DNA from: Bdellovibrionales bacterium
GTDB lineage: Bacteria > Bdellovibrionota > Bdellovibrionia > Bdellovibrionales > JAMPXM01
Direction: 5' to 3'
Assembly (NCBI GenBank): GCA_043739185.1
Contig: JAYUEN010000386.1
Location: forward strand, 93,443-157,442
Length of the DNA stretch: 64,000 nt
Positions 11,684 through 21,219 of the stretch are shown piece by piece; positions within the stretch are counted from its first letter, which is position 1; every line of letters starts with the position of its first letter. The translations under genes and the position numbers were made by a program. Under the pieces are notes generated by a model. The model saw nothing but the letters and a program-made list of their open reading frames with translations. It was not told where the DNA came from and did no database searches.

Positions 11684-12097
11684 CTATCGTTGGCGCTTGA
11701 GATCAGGGCCGACGCCGTGTTCGGCTATCATCAAATCGATATCGGTATGTAGCAAATACAAGTCGAGGAGAAGTTTATTATTGGTTCCACCGTATCTGTC
11801 GAAATTGATACATTCAACAAGGCTGTCTTCGACAGCTGAGATACCAAGATCAATATTTCGCACAGCACTTTCAATATTGCTGTTTGGTCCAACTGCAAAC
11901 TCATTGAGGCCAGCGGCAATTGTGCTCAACTCAAATTTAATTTTCGCAGCAGAAGAAGCAATTGAATCACAGCTGCCGATAAGCAGATCGGTTTCAGCAG
12001 CAACCAAAGCGGTCGCCTTTCTTGCGTCTGGAATAGACATGGCGAATGAAAGCGAACCAAAGATCGATACAATCAGAGCGAGAGAAAACATTTTCAT
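11684..12097 (-). CDS. Secreted helical hypothetical protein
   Basis: AAGGAG RBS, signal peptide ending SFA. Confidence 0.75.
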   Translation of the reverse strand: MKMFSLALIVSIFGSLSFAMSIPDARKATALVAAETDLLIGSCDSIASSAAKIKFELSTIAAGLNEFAVGPNSNIESAVRNIDLGISAVEDSLVECINFDRYGGTNNKLLLDLYLLHTDIDLMIAEHGVGPDLKRQR

Positions 12098-12187
12098 AGA
12101 GACTCCTTTTTAATATGAGTAAGCTTTCATTTTAGCGTGAAACTGTCCACCGGTTTTTTGAGGTGAATTTGTTTTGGTTGAATACAC

Positions 12188-12204
12188 TGCAGGGCCTGTG
12201 CCTA
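12188..12204 (-). promoter_or_regulatory. Putative sigma54 (-24/-12) promoter
   Basis: TAGGCACAGGCCCTGCA = GG-N10-GC, about 90 nt upstream of the 12097 start. Confidence 0.6.
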
Positions 12205-12362
12205 CACCAGGGGCATTAGAAATGCCTTAGACCGCAGTTAGGTGGGAAGTTATTACACATACCGGCGACAATTCACGTAGATCCTCCAAAATTTTTCATG
12301 ACGGGTTTTCTTGAAGTTTTGGCGCTAAAGGCATGGACATTCAGATAAAGCTTATGTGAGCT

Positions 12363-13127
12363 TTAACTGCTCGCTGAGGAGTAGAATTTAAGCGCAAATC
12401 TCCAAAAGCGGACGGTTGAGTAAACAAAGATTGAGGCGACGCACAAGCCAAGTAAAATAAACCAATGGCTTGCGCTGCCCATCACAATGCGCGCAGGAAC
12501 GCTTGCGAAGAACGCCACTGGAATGAAGGAGAGTAAAATATATCGCAGCCAATTTGGATAAATCGAATCGGGCCTCGTGCCAAGCTTATAGAGATTGAAC
12601 CACATATAATTAAGGCTATCTGCCCTCGTCAAAATCAAAGCGCTCGCTGAAAAATAAAACCTTGTACTATAAGTCAGCGCCACCGCACAAGGAATCAAAA
12701 TCAGGAGAGTTAAAATGCGAGAAATGCTAATGCCGCCGGGCAAATGTGAAAGTGAATAAATCAACCAAGTCAGTGTCAGGCAAAGATTGAGTAAATAGGC
12801 GGTATTCATTTTCTGAAAGCTCAGTATGAATTGGGAATTGGCGGGCTTGGTCAAGAGCATATCAATATCGCCTTTGCGGACGCGATCTGAAAGTTTGTCA
12901 AGATTTTCACTAAATAAAATCATATATATTGAATCTGTTGCAAAAAGCACCGCCATAAACATGCGCGTATCTTGAAGAGTCCATCCCGAAACAGATTTTG
13001 TATAGGCAAAGAGCGCTTCAAAGACACTGAGTTGCACCGAATACCAAATTAAGTCATTGAAAAATTTAAGCGCAATATTCATGCGATATTCAAGGTCGGA
13101 CATAATGCTCGCTTTGAAGAAACTCAT
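12363..13127 (-). CDS. ABC-2 family (DUF990-type) permease
   Basis: GDIDMLLTKP, multiple TM segments, YSSASS C-terminus. Confidence 0.85.
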   Translation of the reverse strand: MSFFKASIMSDLEYRMNIALKFFNDLIWYSVQLSVFEALFAYTKSVSGWTLQDTRMFMAVLFATDSIYMILFSENLDKLSDRVRKGDIDMLLTKPANSQFILSFQKMNTAYLLNLCLTLTWLIYSLSHLPGGISISRILTLLILIPCAVALTYSTRFYFSASALILTRADSLNYMWFNLYKLGTRPDSIYPNWLRYILLSFIPVAFFASVPARIVMGSASHWFILLGLCVASIFVYSTVRFWRFALKFYSSASS

Positions 13128-13161
13128 AAATAAAAAGGAATATTTCTTGATAGTGTCTATT

Positions 13162-13980
13162 TCAGGCCCCTGTTCCGCTGTATTTTTTTCGACCCATATT
13201 CCAAATCAAATGAAAGGCCAAGAGTGAAATTGCAATCCCAAGGCTTACCGAAAGAAATCCTTGCCAGATCATCTTAAGAGGAATGCGACCAGTTAAATAG
13301 CCCACAGGTAGATATACTCCGCTGCTAAACGGAAGAGCAATCACGAAGGCACGGACTTTGATTGGCAATAAATCAAGTGGAAATAATTCTCCAACTAAAA
13401 ACCATAAAATAAAATTTTTTGTAACCGTGAGGGCGTGAATTCGATTAAAGAAAAATGCAAAACTACTTATGATTGAACTCAAGGTATGTGCGAGAATCAA
13501 ATAGTACATACTCAGCGCAAAAGCCAATGGCAGGCGCAGTAAATGAGTTGAGCTGTTGATGAATAGGCAAACTAAGACAGGGACACAAAGGGACAATATG
13601 CTCGTGAGGAGCTTATAGCCCATAAATTGACCAAGGTAGTATTCATAAAAAGAAATAGGTCGCACCAAAATACTATTCACCGAGCCCGAATCAATCTCAT
13701 CGATCATTCTCATTTCATACATCCAGTTGGCGGCGATTCGAGCAAAAAATGCGGCCCAGAGTGCATAGGCCAAATAGTATTCTTTAGAAAAGCCGTTCAA
13801 ACTTTCAATGCTGCCACCACGAAAAATGGCAGTCCAAAGGGCAACCTCAGAAATGCAAAGTAAAATGGGTTGCAAACAGGCGTCGACAAATAAATTAAAC
13901 CGGTACTCAAGTTGTGAGACGATTGCCATTCGGCCGGTGCCGTAAACCTGTTTGCAAAAAATCTCGAATGACTTCTTCAA
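13162..13980 (-). CDS. ABC-2 family (DUF990-type) permease
   Basis: EYRFN, SGSVNSILVRP, LFPLDLLP; start uncertain. Confidence 0.85.
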   Translation of the reverse strand: MKKSFEIFCKQVYGTGRMAIVSQLEYRFNLFVDACLQPILLCISEVALWTAIFRGGSIESLNGFSKEYYLAYALWAAFFARIAANWMYEMRMIDEIDSGSVNSILVRPISFYEYYLGQFMGYKLLTSILSLCVPVLVCLFINSSTHLLRLPLAFALSMYYLILAHTLSSIISSFAFFFNRIHALTVTKNFILWFLVGELFPLDLLPIKVRAFVIALPFSSGVYLPVGYLTGRIPLKMIWQGFLSVSLGIAISLLAFHLIWNMGRKKYSGTGA

Positions 13981-14920
13981 AATCTACCTCTTCAATTTTC
14001 AAATCATGTACCTGTGATATACTGAGCAGCTTTTCAAGCACCAAGCCCATTACTTCGGATCGTACTTCAGCAGTAAAAATTTTCTGATTTGCTTTCAAAA
14101 GGACGCCATCTGCTAAGAGCACATCTGAAGTGGGCGGACGCTTGAGTTCAACGCTTAATTTTTGTTTGTTCTCAGCGCGATTGAGAAAGCCAGGCACATT
14201 TCCGTCGTAAACAATTGAACCCTGACTAATTAGCAAAAGGCGATCGGCCAACTGCGAAATATCATCCATATAATGACTGGTTAGGATCACGGTTGGTTTG
14301 TGTTCTTGTACATAAGTAATTAAAAATTCTCGTATGCTGGTTTGAGCAACTATGTCGAGGCCGATGGTGGGCTCGTCCAGAAAAAGTACATCTGGCTGAT
14401 GCAAAAGCGCTCCTATAATTTCCATTTTCATGCGCTCTCCGAGAGAAAGGCGCCGTAATTGAATGTTTAATTGTTCGCGGCACTTTAAGACTTCGCAAAG
14501 CACTTGAATTCTTTTCTTCGCTTGTTCCCGATCTAAATCATAAATGCGAGTGAGTAGATCATAGCTATCAGCCGGAGGGATGTCCCACCACAATTGATTT
14601 TTCTGTCCCAATAAAATACTGATGCGCCTCAAAAATTCTGGTTTTCGATCCCACGGACTCATGCCAAAAATTTTGGCCTCGCCACTCGTAGGATAAATGA
14701 GCCCGGATAGAAGTTTTAACAATGTAGTTTTGCCGGCACCATTGGCGCCGACCAAGCCTATAATTTGGCCGCCCTCAATGCTGAGATTCGTTGGCGCGAG
14801 TGCAACTTTTAAAATATGATTTCTCTTCCAAAAGCCGCGGAGTGAGTTTGCTAGACCCTGTTCCTTTTTATAACTCTCATATACGCGCGAAAGATTTGTG
14901 CATTCAATTACATTTGCCAC
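13907..14920 (-). CDS. ABC transporter ATP-binding protein
   Basis: GANGAGKTT, LSLGERM, FLDEPTIGLD, SH loop. Confidence 0.95.
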   Translation of the reverse strand: MANVIECTNLSRVYESYKKEQGLANSLRGFWKRNHILKVALAPTNLSIEGGQIIGLVGANGAGKTTLLKLLSGLIYPTSGEAKIFGMSPWDRKPEFLRRISILLGQKNQLWWDIPPADSYDLLTRIYDLDREQAKKRIQVLCEVLKCREQLNIQLRRLSLGERMKMEIIGALLHQPDVLFLDEPTIGLDIVAQTSIREFLITYVQEHKPTVILTSHYMDDISQLADRLLLISQGSIVYDGNVPGFLNRAENKQKLSVELKRPPTSDVLLADGVLLKANQKIFTAEVRSEVMGLVLEKLLSISQVHDLKIEEVDFEEVIRDFLQTGLRHRPNGNRLTT

Positions 14921-14931
14921 TTATTTGCCGC

Positions 14932-15690
14932 CTATTTACTTTTGAGCGCATCGGGCTTTAAGCCCCAAGATTTGAGTATTTCAGATTCGTCGTCTGTTGA
15001 CATAGCTTTTTTAAACTTGGCACCAGATTGACCCTTCACCCGCCGCTCACAATCACCCCAATTAGCGTGTCGCATAGCTATGCTTCCGATCAAACTAAGA
15101 TAAGAAAGTGCTACTTTTTTTTCAGACTTTTGACCCTTCATTTCAGGAAGCGGCTCAAGTTTTGGAAGCTTAAAAAAATCAAATTGGTAGTGCGTGACGG
15201 AACCTTCATACAAATCGGGATTTCTACGCTGGGAAAACTCGACTGCAATCTCATCGCAGCGTTCATTGCCTTGAATGCCAATATGCCCTCTTACAAAATT
15301 CCACGAAATTTTATTTTGGGCGAAAAGTTTTTTTCGTTTTGAAACCACATTTACGAGTTTTTCCCAATATTCTCGATTCGAGACGGGTTTGCCCTCTGCG
15401 GTGACCCATCCCCGCTTTTGCCAGCCGTAGGCCCATTGAGTAATTCCTCGAATCACATAGACAGAGTCTGTTAATATCATCACGTCGCCCGCAACTTTTT
15501 CAACAGCCCCAAGAGCTTCAATTGCACCTTGAAGTTCCATCTGGTTATTGGTTGTATGGGGTTGAAATCCACCGAGCTCAAGAATGTGACTTTGAGAGGT
15601 TCCAACAATGGCACCCCAGCCGCCAGGGCCTGGATTTCCTGAGCAAGCTCCATCGCAATAAATAAGAATTTCAGAGCTTAAGTCAGACAT
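14932..15690 (-). CDS. rnhA: Ribonuclease HI with C-terminal hybrid-binding (Cauli_VI-like) domain
   Basis: YCDGACSGNPGPGGWG, TTNNQMEL, TDS, VRGH-x-G-x-x-GNERCD; C-terminal WGDCERRVKGQSGAKFKK; likely start 15690. Confidence 0.92.
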   Translation of the reverse strand: MSDLSSEILIYCDGACSGNPGPGGWGAIVGTSQSHILELGGFQPHTTNNQMELQGAIEALGAVEKVAGDVMILTDSVYVIRGITQWAYGWQKRGWVTAEGKPVSNREYWEKLVNVVSKRKKLFAQNKISWNFVRGHIGIQGNERCDEIAVEFSQRRNPDLYEGSVTHYQFDFFKLPKLEPLPEMKGQKSEKKVALSYLSLIGSIAMRHANWGDCERRVKGQSGAKFKKAMSTDDESEILKSWGLKPDALKSK

Positions 15691-15778
15691 TATAATCTTA
15701 TGGCTTACCTCTAAGCAAATGTCAAAAGAGCAAGGAGAAAAAAGTATTTCGTTGCTTGGCAATTTTGAGTTAGGATAA

Positions 15779-17512
15779 ATGATAAGAGGAACTCATATGC
15801 AAAATAAGCCAGAACAAAAAAGCGGGCCCCTACTCCTAGTGGTCGGAATTTGCGCTCTCTTTTTTTCGTGTGCCAGTCCGGTTTTAAACGAAAAAAATAT
15901 TTCAGACTCAAGCCTGATGATGAAAAATCGAGTGGCCATGTTCGATGCCGTTATTAAAGAAATTGATCGCATCGATGTCGATCGCAGGGAGATCTCGCGT
16001 TTAAAAGGCGAGGACTGGGATCGAAATATGAATGATTTAAGAGGCGAAGTTGAAAAATCAAGTAATCTGGTTGAATTCGGACGAGCCTTAAAAAAAATCG
16101 ACTCCTTTTACCCGCATATTCAATCGCAACAAGTGCTCAATCCAGAGCTCGAGAGTATTCCGCTCGGGTCCAAAGTAAATTTGCCTTTTAAAATGATTCC
16201 GACAATTAAGGATCTCAGCGAGCAACATTTTAGATATTTTATATCTCAAGTAACTCCCGATAGTTTTGATCCAGGAGATGTTCCGCGTGTCGGTGATGAA
16301 GTGATTGAGATAAATAAGAAGGAAATGGAGGAGTGGGAGCGACTTAATTATTTGTTCTGTAAATCGATTTCGCACGCCGTATGCGCACTAGAGCTCAATC
16401 ACAACTTTAGGAATGAGAGTCTTGGGTGGACTCAAAATCAGCCAGTTGAAATGCTTTTGCTGAGAGGTCCAGATAAAATTAAAGTGCGATTACATGCTAA
16501 GATTGAAGCGAGTGCTGGCTTTGAGCCAAGTGAGACCGCCGATATTTACAACGAAGTCTTTCCTTGTGGCATTGATATCAAACGCCGTTATTTTGAGTTT
16601 GGATATTTATTTAAAGGCCGAAGACTTTGTTTGTTGGGATCCCATGCTCATCCAGGGATTGCCATTATGAGAATTTCAAATTTCAATTACGCTGGGAATT
16701 CAGAAAATATTCGCAGTATCAAACAAGAAATTAATCTGTTTCGAACTTCTTTTTGGAATGACCATAGCTCCGAGATCAAACATCTTATTATTGATTTAAT
16801 TGACAATGAAGGTGGGGATCCTCCGGTCGGGTATGAAGCGATGTTGTTTGATCAACCTTTTCAAGGTCAGTACGTTAAATATAAAAAATTACCTGAATGG
16901 ACGTCAGGCTCTTTTGAAGATCTTCTTTTTCCCTATGATGGCGACGGCGGGAAAGCCATTTGGATAAAAAGTCTCAAAGAAGAAGGGCGCTTTGCTAAGA
17001 AAAACTTTGGAGAGTTCTTTGATCCGGTACCACGCTACTGCGTAAACTCTAAACTTGATTGCCGTATCGGCCGTTTTGAACCAGATGCGCACCTCTTTAG
17101 CGGCGATATTAAAGTGATGCTCAATCAAAACTGTATTTTGGCTTGTTCAAGTTTTGCCTCTGACCTTCACGACAATCTTGGGCCGCGGGTGAGCTTTTAT
17201 GGCTTGCCAGATTCGGGAGATGCTTTGGCCTCGCAGATTTCGATAAATCTTTATCTGACCCCGCTAGGTAAAAAGCCTTTTGAAATCAAATCGCATTTGT
17301 GGAACTCGGCGGCCCCACCGATCACAAAAGATTTATTGCTAACTCAGACTGTTGCCTTTACGCAAACGACCGACGTTCTCGGAGCGCTTAAGTCGGGAAT
17401 CAGTCGCAAAATTAAAAAGATGCCAGAACTTAATTATAAAAACTATCCGGTCAATTATCCTGGTGAGATTTTAAAGGTGATCTTAAATGATATTAAAGCT
17501 TCGGCTCGTTAA
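15779..17512 (+). CDS. Lipoprotein with PDZ-like and S41 peptidase-like domains
   Basis: Lipobox FFSC; VGDEVIEIN; IIDLIDNEGG; nucleophile region atypical. Confidence 0.7.
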   Translation: MIRGTHMQNKPEQKSGPLLLVVGICALFFSCASPVLNEKNISDSSLMMKNRVAMFDAVIKEIDRIDVDRREISRLKGEDWDRNMNDLRGEVEKSSNLVEFGRALKKIDSFYPHIQSQQVLNPELESIPLGSKVNLPFKMIPTIKDLSEQHFRYFISQVTPDSFDPGDVPRVGDEVIEINKKEMEEWERLNYLFCKSISHAVCALELNHNFRNESLGWTQNQPVEMLLLRGPDKIKVRLHAKIEASAGFEPSETADIYNEVFPCGIDIKRRYFEFGYLFKGRRLCLLGSHAHPGIAIMRISNFNYAGNSENIRSIKQEINLFRTSFWNDHSSEIKHLIIDLIDNEGGDPPVGYEAMLFDQPFQGQYVKYKKLPEWTSGSFEDLLFPYDGDGGKAIWIKSLKEEGRFAKKNFGEFFDPVPRYCVNSKLDCRIGRFEPDAHLFSGDIKVMLNQNCILACSSFASDLHDNLGPRVSFYGLPDSGDALASQISINLYLTPLGKKPFEIKSHLWNSAAPPITKDLLLTQTVAFTQTTDVLGALKSGISRKIKKMPELNYKNYPVNYPGEILKVILNDIKASAR

Positions 17513-17866
17513 TCCAATAAACTGAACAAAGTTTTTTACTTTATCAAACGAGCTTAGGAGCTTCTTTTCAAAGCCTGAAAGCTGTTTTTGCAGTCGCAAA
17601 TCAGTTTCTTCATGCAAGTGCTCAAAGTCAAAATTGATATGGAGCCAGAAGAAACTCTGACCTTGAATTTCAATCCAATCTTCATTTATGTGATGATCAC
17701 TACCCACGCTTTGTTTTCGACTGAGGCCAGCTTTGGCTAGACCACGATTGCTCCAGGGTTTAATTGCTATACTTGTGCGCAAATCATCCCTTAAAATTTC
17801 GCTGGGTTTCGTTTCTGACTTCTTTGGCGAGCTTCTCTTTTTAAGATCATTTAAACCTAAAGACAT
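17483..17866 (-). CDS. Small hypothetical protein, partner of the upstream ParA
   Basis: GAGGAG RBS before ATG 17866; basic N-terminus; C-terminal helix. Confidence 0.7.
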   Translation of the reverse strand: MSLGLNDLKKRSSPKKSETKPSEILRDDLRTSIAIKPWSNRGLAKAGLSRKQSVGSDHHINEDWIEIQGQSFFWLHINFDFEHLHEETDLRLQKQLSGFEKKLLSSFDKVKNFVQFIGLTSRSFNII

Positions 17867-17904
17867 TGAACTCCTCATGCATGAGTCACGGAGCTCTGAC
17901 TGAC

Positions 17905-18954
17905 TTAAGCCCCCCCTAGACTAGCTGAATCCATAAGCTTACTTTTTTCAAGTGCGAAATTCTTAAAAATACTTTGAAGAATGATGCGCATCTCAGTCGC
18001 GGCCTCAGATCCACCCTGAAACTCAGGCGTTGAAAGATGCAAAGCGCAAGCCTCTTCGCCTGTAATACTTTCTTTAATTCCAGCTTGGATGCAGTTCGGC
18101 AAATTCTCTAGATACCAATTAAATATTTCTGAACTCAGTTTTCTTGAGGGGGAATATTTAGTGGGAATAAAAATGTGTTTCAAATTTTTTCGCATTTCTT
18201 TTTGAAACTCACTGACCAAAGCGCGAAATACTCTTAAGTTTCGAAAATTATTTATCTTACATTCAACCGGCGATATAAGCACATCGCTTGCCATGAGCGC
18301 GTTGGTAATAAGGCGATTCCAGTTCGGAGAACAATCTAGCAAAATCAAGTCGAAATCTTTTTTTAGTGGAGCGATGACATTTTCCTCTAACCAGTACTCG
18401 CGTCGATTCTTACTGAATAGAGCTTGGTCAAGGGCTACCAACTCCGGAGTTTCCGGAATAAATTTTAGACAAGGTAAATCAGTTGGGCGCAATAGACTCT
18501 CTAGTTTTTCAGAGCCGTCAAAAAGCTGTGCAAGCCCCTTGGTGCGATTGGCCTTTTCAAGTGCTAAATCAAAGGACTCATCGTCTGATGCGAGCTCGCC
18601 TCCGCCAAGAATTTCAGAAATATCGGATTGCATATCGAGCCCGACCACACAGGTTTTAATATTATGAAGCGCGGCCATTCTTGCGATATTGAGTGTCAGC
18701 GCCGTTTTCAAAACTCCGCCCTTAGTAACGAATACTGAAACAGCTTGGGGCTTTGCGGGCTTTTTCAAAAACCCAATCTGCTCGCCGACAAGCACGAGTT
18801 CTTGATTCGACCAAGATTTCAATTTTCGGCCTTCTGAGTTTTTTGAAAAGGCGGGCAAATGAATGCCGACTTGACGTTCAATATCAGCAGGCGAAAGGGA
18901 GCTTCCGAAAATTTGCAAAACTTTTTTTATGTTGAAAAATTCGCTCGTGCGCAT
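17905..18954 (-). CDS. ParA/Soj-family ATPase with N-terminal HTH-like extension
   Basis: Deviant Walker A TKGGVLKT, DMQ, LLDCSP, NAL; about 65-aa N-terminal extension. Confidence 0.9.
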   Translation of the reverse strand: MRTSEFFNIKKVLQIFGSSLSPADIERQVGIHLPAFSKNSEGRKLKSWSNQELVLVGEQIGFLKKPAKPQAVSVFVTKGGVLKTALTLNIARMAALHNIKTCVVGLDMQSDISEILGGGELASDDESFDLALEKANRTKGLAQLFDGSEKLESLLRPTDLPCLKFIPETPELVALDQALFSKNRREYWLEENVIAPLKKDFDLILLDCSPNWNRLITNALMASDVLISPVECKINNFRNLRVFRALVSEFQKEMRKNLKHIFIPTKYSPSRKLSSEIFNWYLENLPNCIQAGIKESITGEEACALHLSTPEFQGGSEAATEMRIILQSIFKNFALEKSKLMDSASLGGA

Positions 18955-19036
18955 TGTTGACCTCTCTGGTTAAGAGAACAGCCAACAGTTGAGCAATTAA
19001 GTTTGCGATTAGCAAATGAAAATTAGGTTAGGGCTC

Positions 19037-19414
19037 TTACGGGGATTTGTCTGAAGCTTTAGAAGAGGTGGCCTTAATTTTAGTGCCTTTTTCGCCAGTG
19101 CCGACTTCTAAATGAATATCTTCACGACTTGTTGGGCCGCACATTCCTAGCCGCATGCAATTCTCACAGGTCTCACAGGAAGAAGCAGACTTTACAACTG
19201 GAGCACAGTTTGGATCTCCCCCCTTACAAGAATAATCAGTGGCATCAATTTGTTGAATGATCTTTTTTGCTTCTTCAGTTAGCGGTGGAGGATTAAATTC
19301 AGTTGCAGGGGAAAGGGGCTCTGTTGAGTTTTCTGGGGTCTGCGCATGAGCGGAAAAACTAAAAAGTAAAATGAAACCTAGAAAAAACAAAAGCACATTG
19401 TTACTTTGAGGCAT
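19037..19414 (-). CDS. Small secreted Cys-rich, low-complexity protein at the Hit/Bd0108 position
   Basis: Signal peptide ending AHA, P/S/T/E-rich, six Cys, directly downstream of the YD-repeat gene; alternative start 19468. Confidence 0.75.
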   Translation of the reverse strand: MPQSNNVLLFFLGFILLFSFSAHAQTPENSTEPLSPATEFNPPPLTEEAKKIIQQIDATDYSCKGGDPNCAPVVKSASSCETCENCMRLGMCGPTSREDIHLEVGTGEKGTKIKATSSKASDKSP

Positions 19415-19464
19415 TGAAAAAGCCTTTCTGGACCAAGATAATTTTATTGTCCCTTGAGGTTTTA

Positions 19465-21183
19465 TCATAAACTTAACTCGCTTGTTGCGGGCGCAATTAA
19501 TTCTAATAAATTATTAAAAGTTGAAGCCACTTGCATCGCTACGTTTGGTCCATCTTTACTGCCAACTTTCTCAATCTCACCATTAGCCTTGTAGGTGACA
19601 TTGATTGAGCCCAATTGGGGTCGGGTGATAACCGAGGGCTTACTAAATTTTTCATCGTACTTAATCAAGACTTCTTTTTTAGCTTGGTCAATGATAGTGG
19701 CAATTCGCCCCTTTGAATCGTAACTAAGGCGAACATTTTGTCCGTCAGAATTTGAGGCCGCGACTAAGTTTGCTTTGGTATCGTAAGAGAAAATAGTATC
19801 GCGCTTACGTTCAATTTTCTTTCCGTCTTGGCTGTAAAATTCGGTGGCAACTTTCGAAACTTTATTGAATTGGTTTTTATATTCGAAACTCATATGTACA
19901 TTGTCTGTGGATTTCTCGCGAATGAGTCCGTTCGGATAGTAGGCGAAGTTGGTGACGGTACCATTACGCCGAATCGTAGTGGGTCTTCCGAAATCGGGAT
20001 GGTAAGTGACATCTAGGCTTTCGCTATTGGTGCGAGTCAAGGCTCTCGCCAAAAACTTTCGGCCGTCCGAACGCTTTTTGTGCCAGAATTCAAAACGCGC
20101 TTGATTGGTAATTTCTTTTCCACACTTTTTTATTGCCGTTGACCAAAAATGATCTCGCGGTTCATTTTTATCTACTTCGTACGAATAACTTTCAAGACAG
20201 GCAACGCCACCTTTGGGAACACGATCTGCAAAACTCATTACCCAGGCATTCTTCTTGTCGTAGGTTAATGCTTTAAAAGTTTTATCTGGAAAATTAATTT
20301 TGGTAAGATTGTGAACGTCATCGTATTCGTAAGTATAATCATTTCCCCAACGATTATTCACTTTCACAAGATCCTCGCCCTTATACTCATAAAGAGCGCG
20401 AATTTTTTCACCGTTTAAATTGGGGCCGGCAATTTCTGTAACGCGTTTATTTTTGTAAGTTAAAGTAAGCTTTCGATTGGTGCTGTCTTGAACTTCTTTT
20501 AATTGGTCACCTTGATAAACCAATTTGAGATAATTTGCATTTTTATCAAACATAAAGGTGAGACGGCCGTTGGTATCAAACTTTTGTTGTGTGCCGTCGG
20601 TGAGGGTTCTCACATAGTAAGTGCCATCAAAAATAATTTTATCGGTCTCGCTGGTTTCAGAAATATAAGTCACACCTTTTTTGATCTCAGGAATGGCGAT
20701 CCCGACTTGCTTTGAAAGCTGAAGACGTTGCGAGGCATTGGTAAGAAGTTGTGCTCTTAAGTCCGCAATATATTGGGGCGTAGCAATCGAGGCAGGTTTT
20801 TCTTTTTTCACGCGATCTAAGATTTGTTCTACTACTTTTTTTGAGCCCTCATTGTCCTGTTTTCCTGAGATAAAAACCGTTTCTTGGCCGGCGCCGCAAA
20901 CTTGAAGTTTGATGCTGCCTTCTGCGGTCTTTTCAATTGATGTTTCGAAATCAGTACACCAGCCGTAGCCCAAAATTCCGGTAAAGTTGAAGCGACTACT
21001 ATAGGTCCTGGTTACCTTTAAGTCATAGGCAGTTGAGCCCGGTAGACTTAAGTCCAAAAACTGATCGACATAAGCGGCATTTTTCATATCAACCACCGCA
21101 TTTGCAGTTGGCAATGAAAGTAAGCTAAAAATAAAACTCAATAGCTGAAGCTTTCTTCTCAAATCAACGTTCAACTTTTGCAT
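19465..21183 (-). CDS. Secreted YD/RHS-repeat protein (Bd0109-like)
   Basis: Signal peptide; RTYSS...LGYGW N-terminal motif; repeated YEYDD/YDSKGR units; no C-terminal toxin region. Confidence 0.85.
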   Translation of the reverse strand: MQKLNVDLRRKLQLLSFIFSLLSLPTANAVVDMKNAAYVDQFLDLSLPGSTAYDLKVTRTYSSRFNFTGILGYGWCTDFETSIEKTAEGSIKLQVCGAGQETVFISGKQDNEGSKKVVEQILDRVKKEKPASIATPQYIADLRAQLLTNASQRLQLSKQVGIAIPEIKKGVTYISETSETDKIIFDGTYYVRTLTDGTQQKFDTNGRLTFMFDKNANYLKLVYQGDQLKEVQDSTNRKLTLTYKNKRVTEIAGPNLNGEKIRALYEYKGEDLVKVNNRWGNDYTYEYDDVHNLTKINFPDKTFKALTYDKKNAWVMSFADRVPKGGVACLESYSYEVDKNEPRDHFWSTAIKKCGKEITNQARFEFWHKKRSDGRKFLARALTRTNSESLDVTYHPDFGRPTTIRRNGTVTNFAYYPNGLIREKSTDNVHMSFEYKNQFNKVSKVATEFYSQDGKKIERKRDTIFSYDTKANLVAASNSDGQNVRLSYDSKGRIATIIDQAKKEVLIKYDEKFSKPSVITRPQLGSINVTYKANGEIEKVGSKDGPNVAMQVASTFNNLLELIAPATSELSL

Positions 21184-21219
21184 GGAATGGCCTCCGGGCG
21201 CGCAACAAAGAAACTTTCT

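Noticed and set aside
12253..12290. Tiny minus-strand ORF (MNCRRYV) after GGAGG
   Set aside because: Too short, with no supporting promoter or terminator evidence
19465..21183. RHS polymorphic toxin with immunity gene
   Set aside because: No DPxG cleavage motif or variable toxin tail; the downstream gene is exported and fits the hit-locus arrangement
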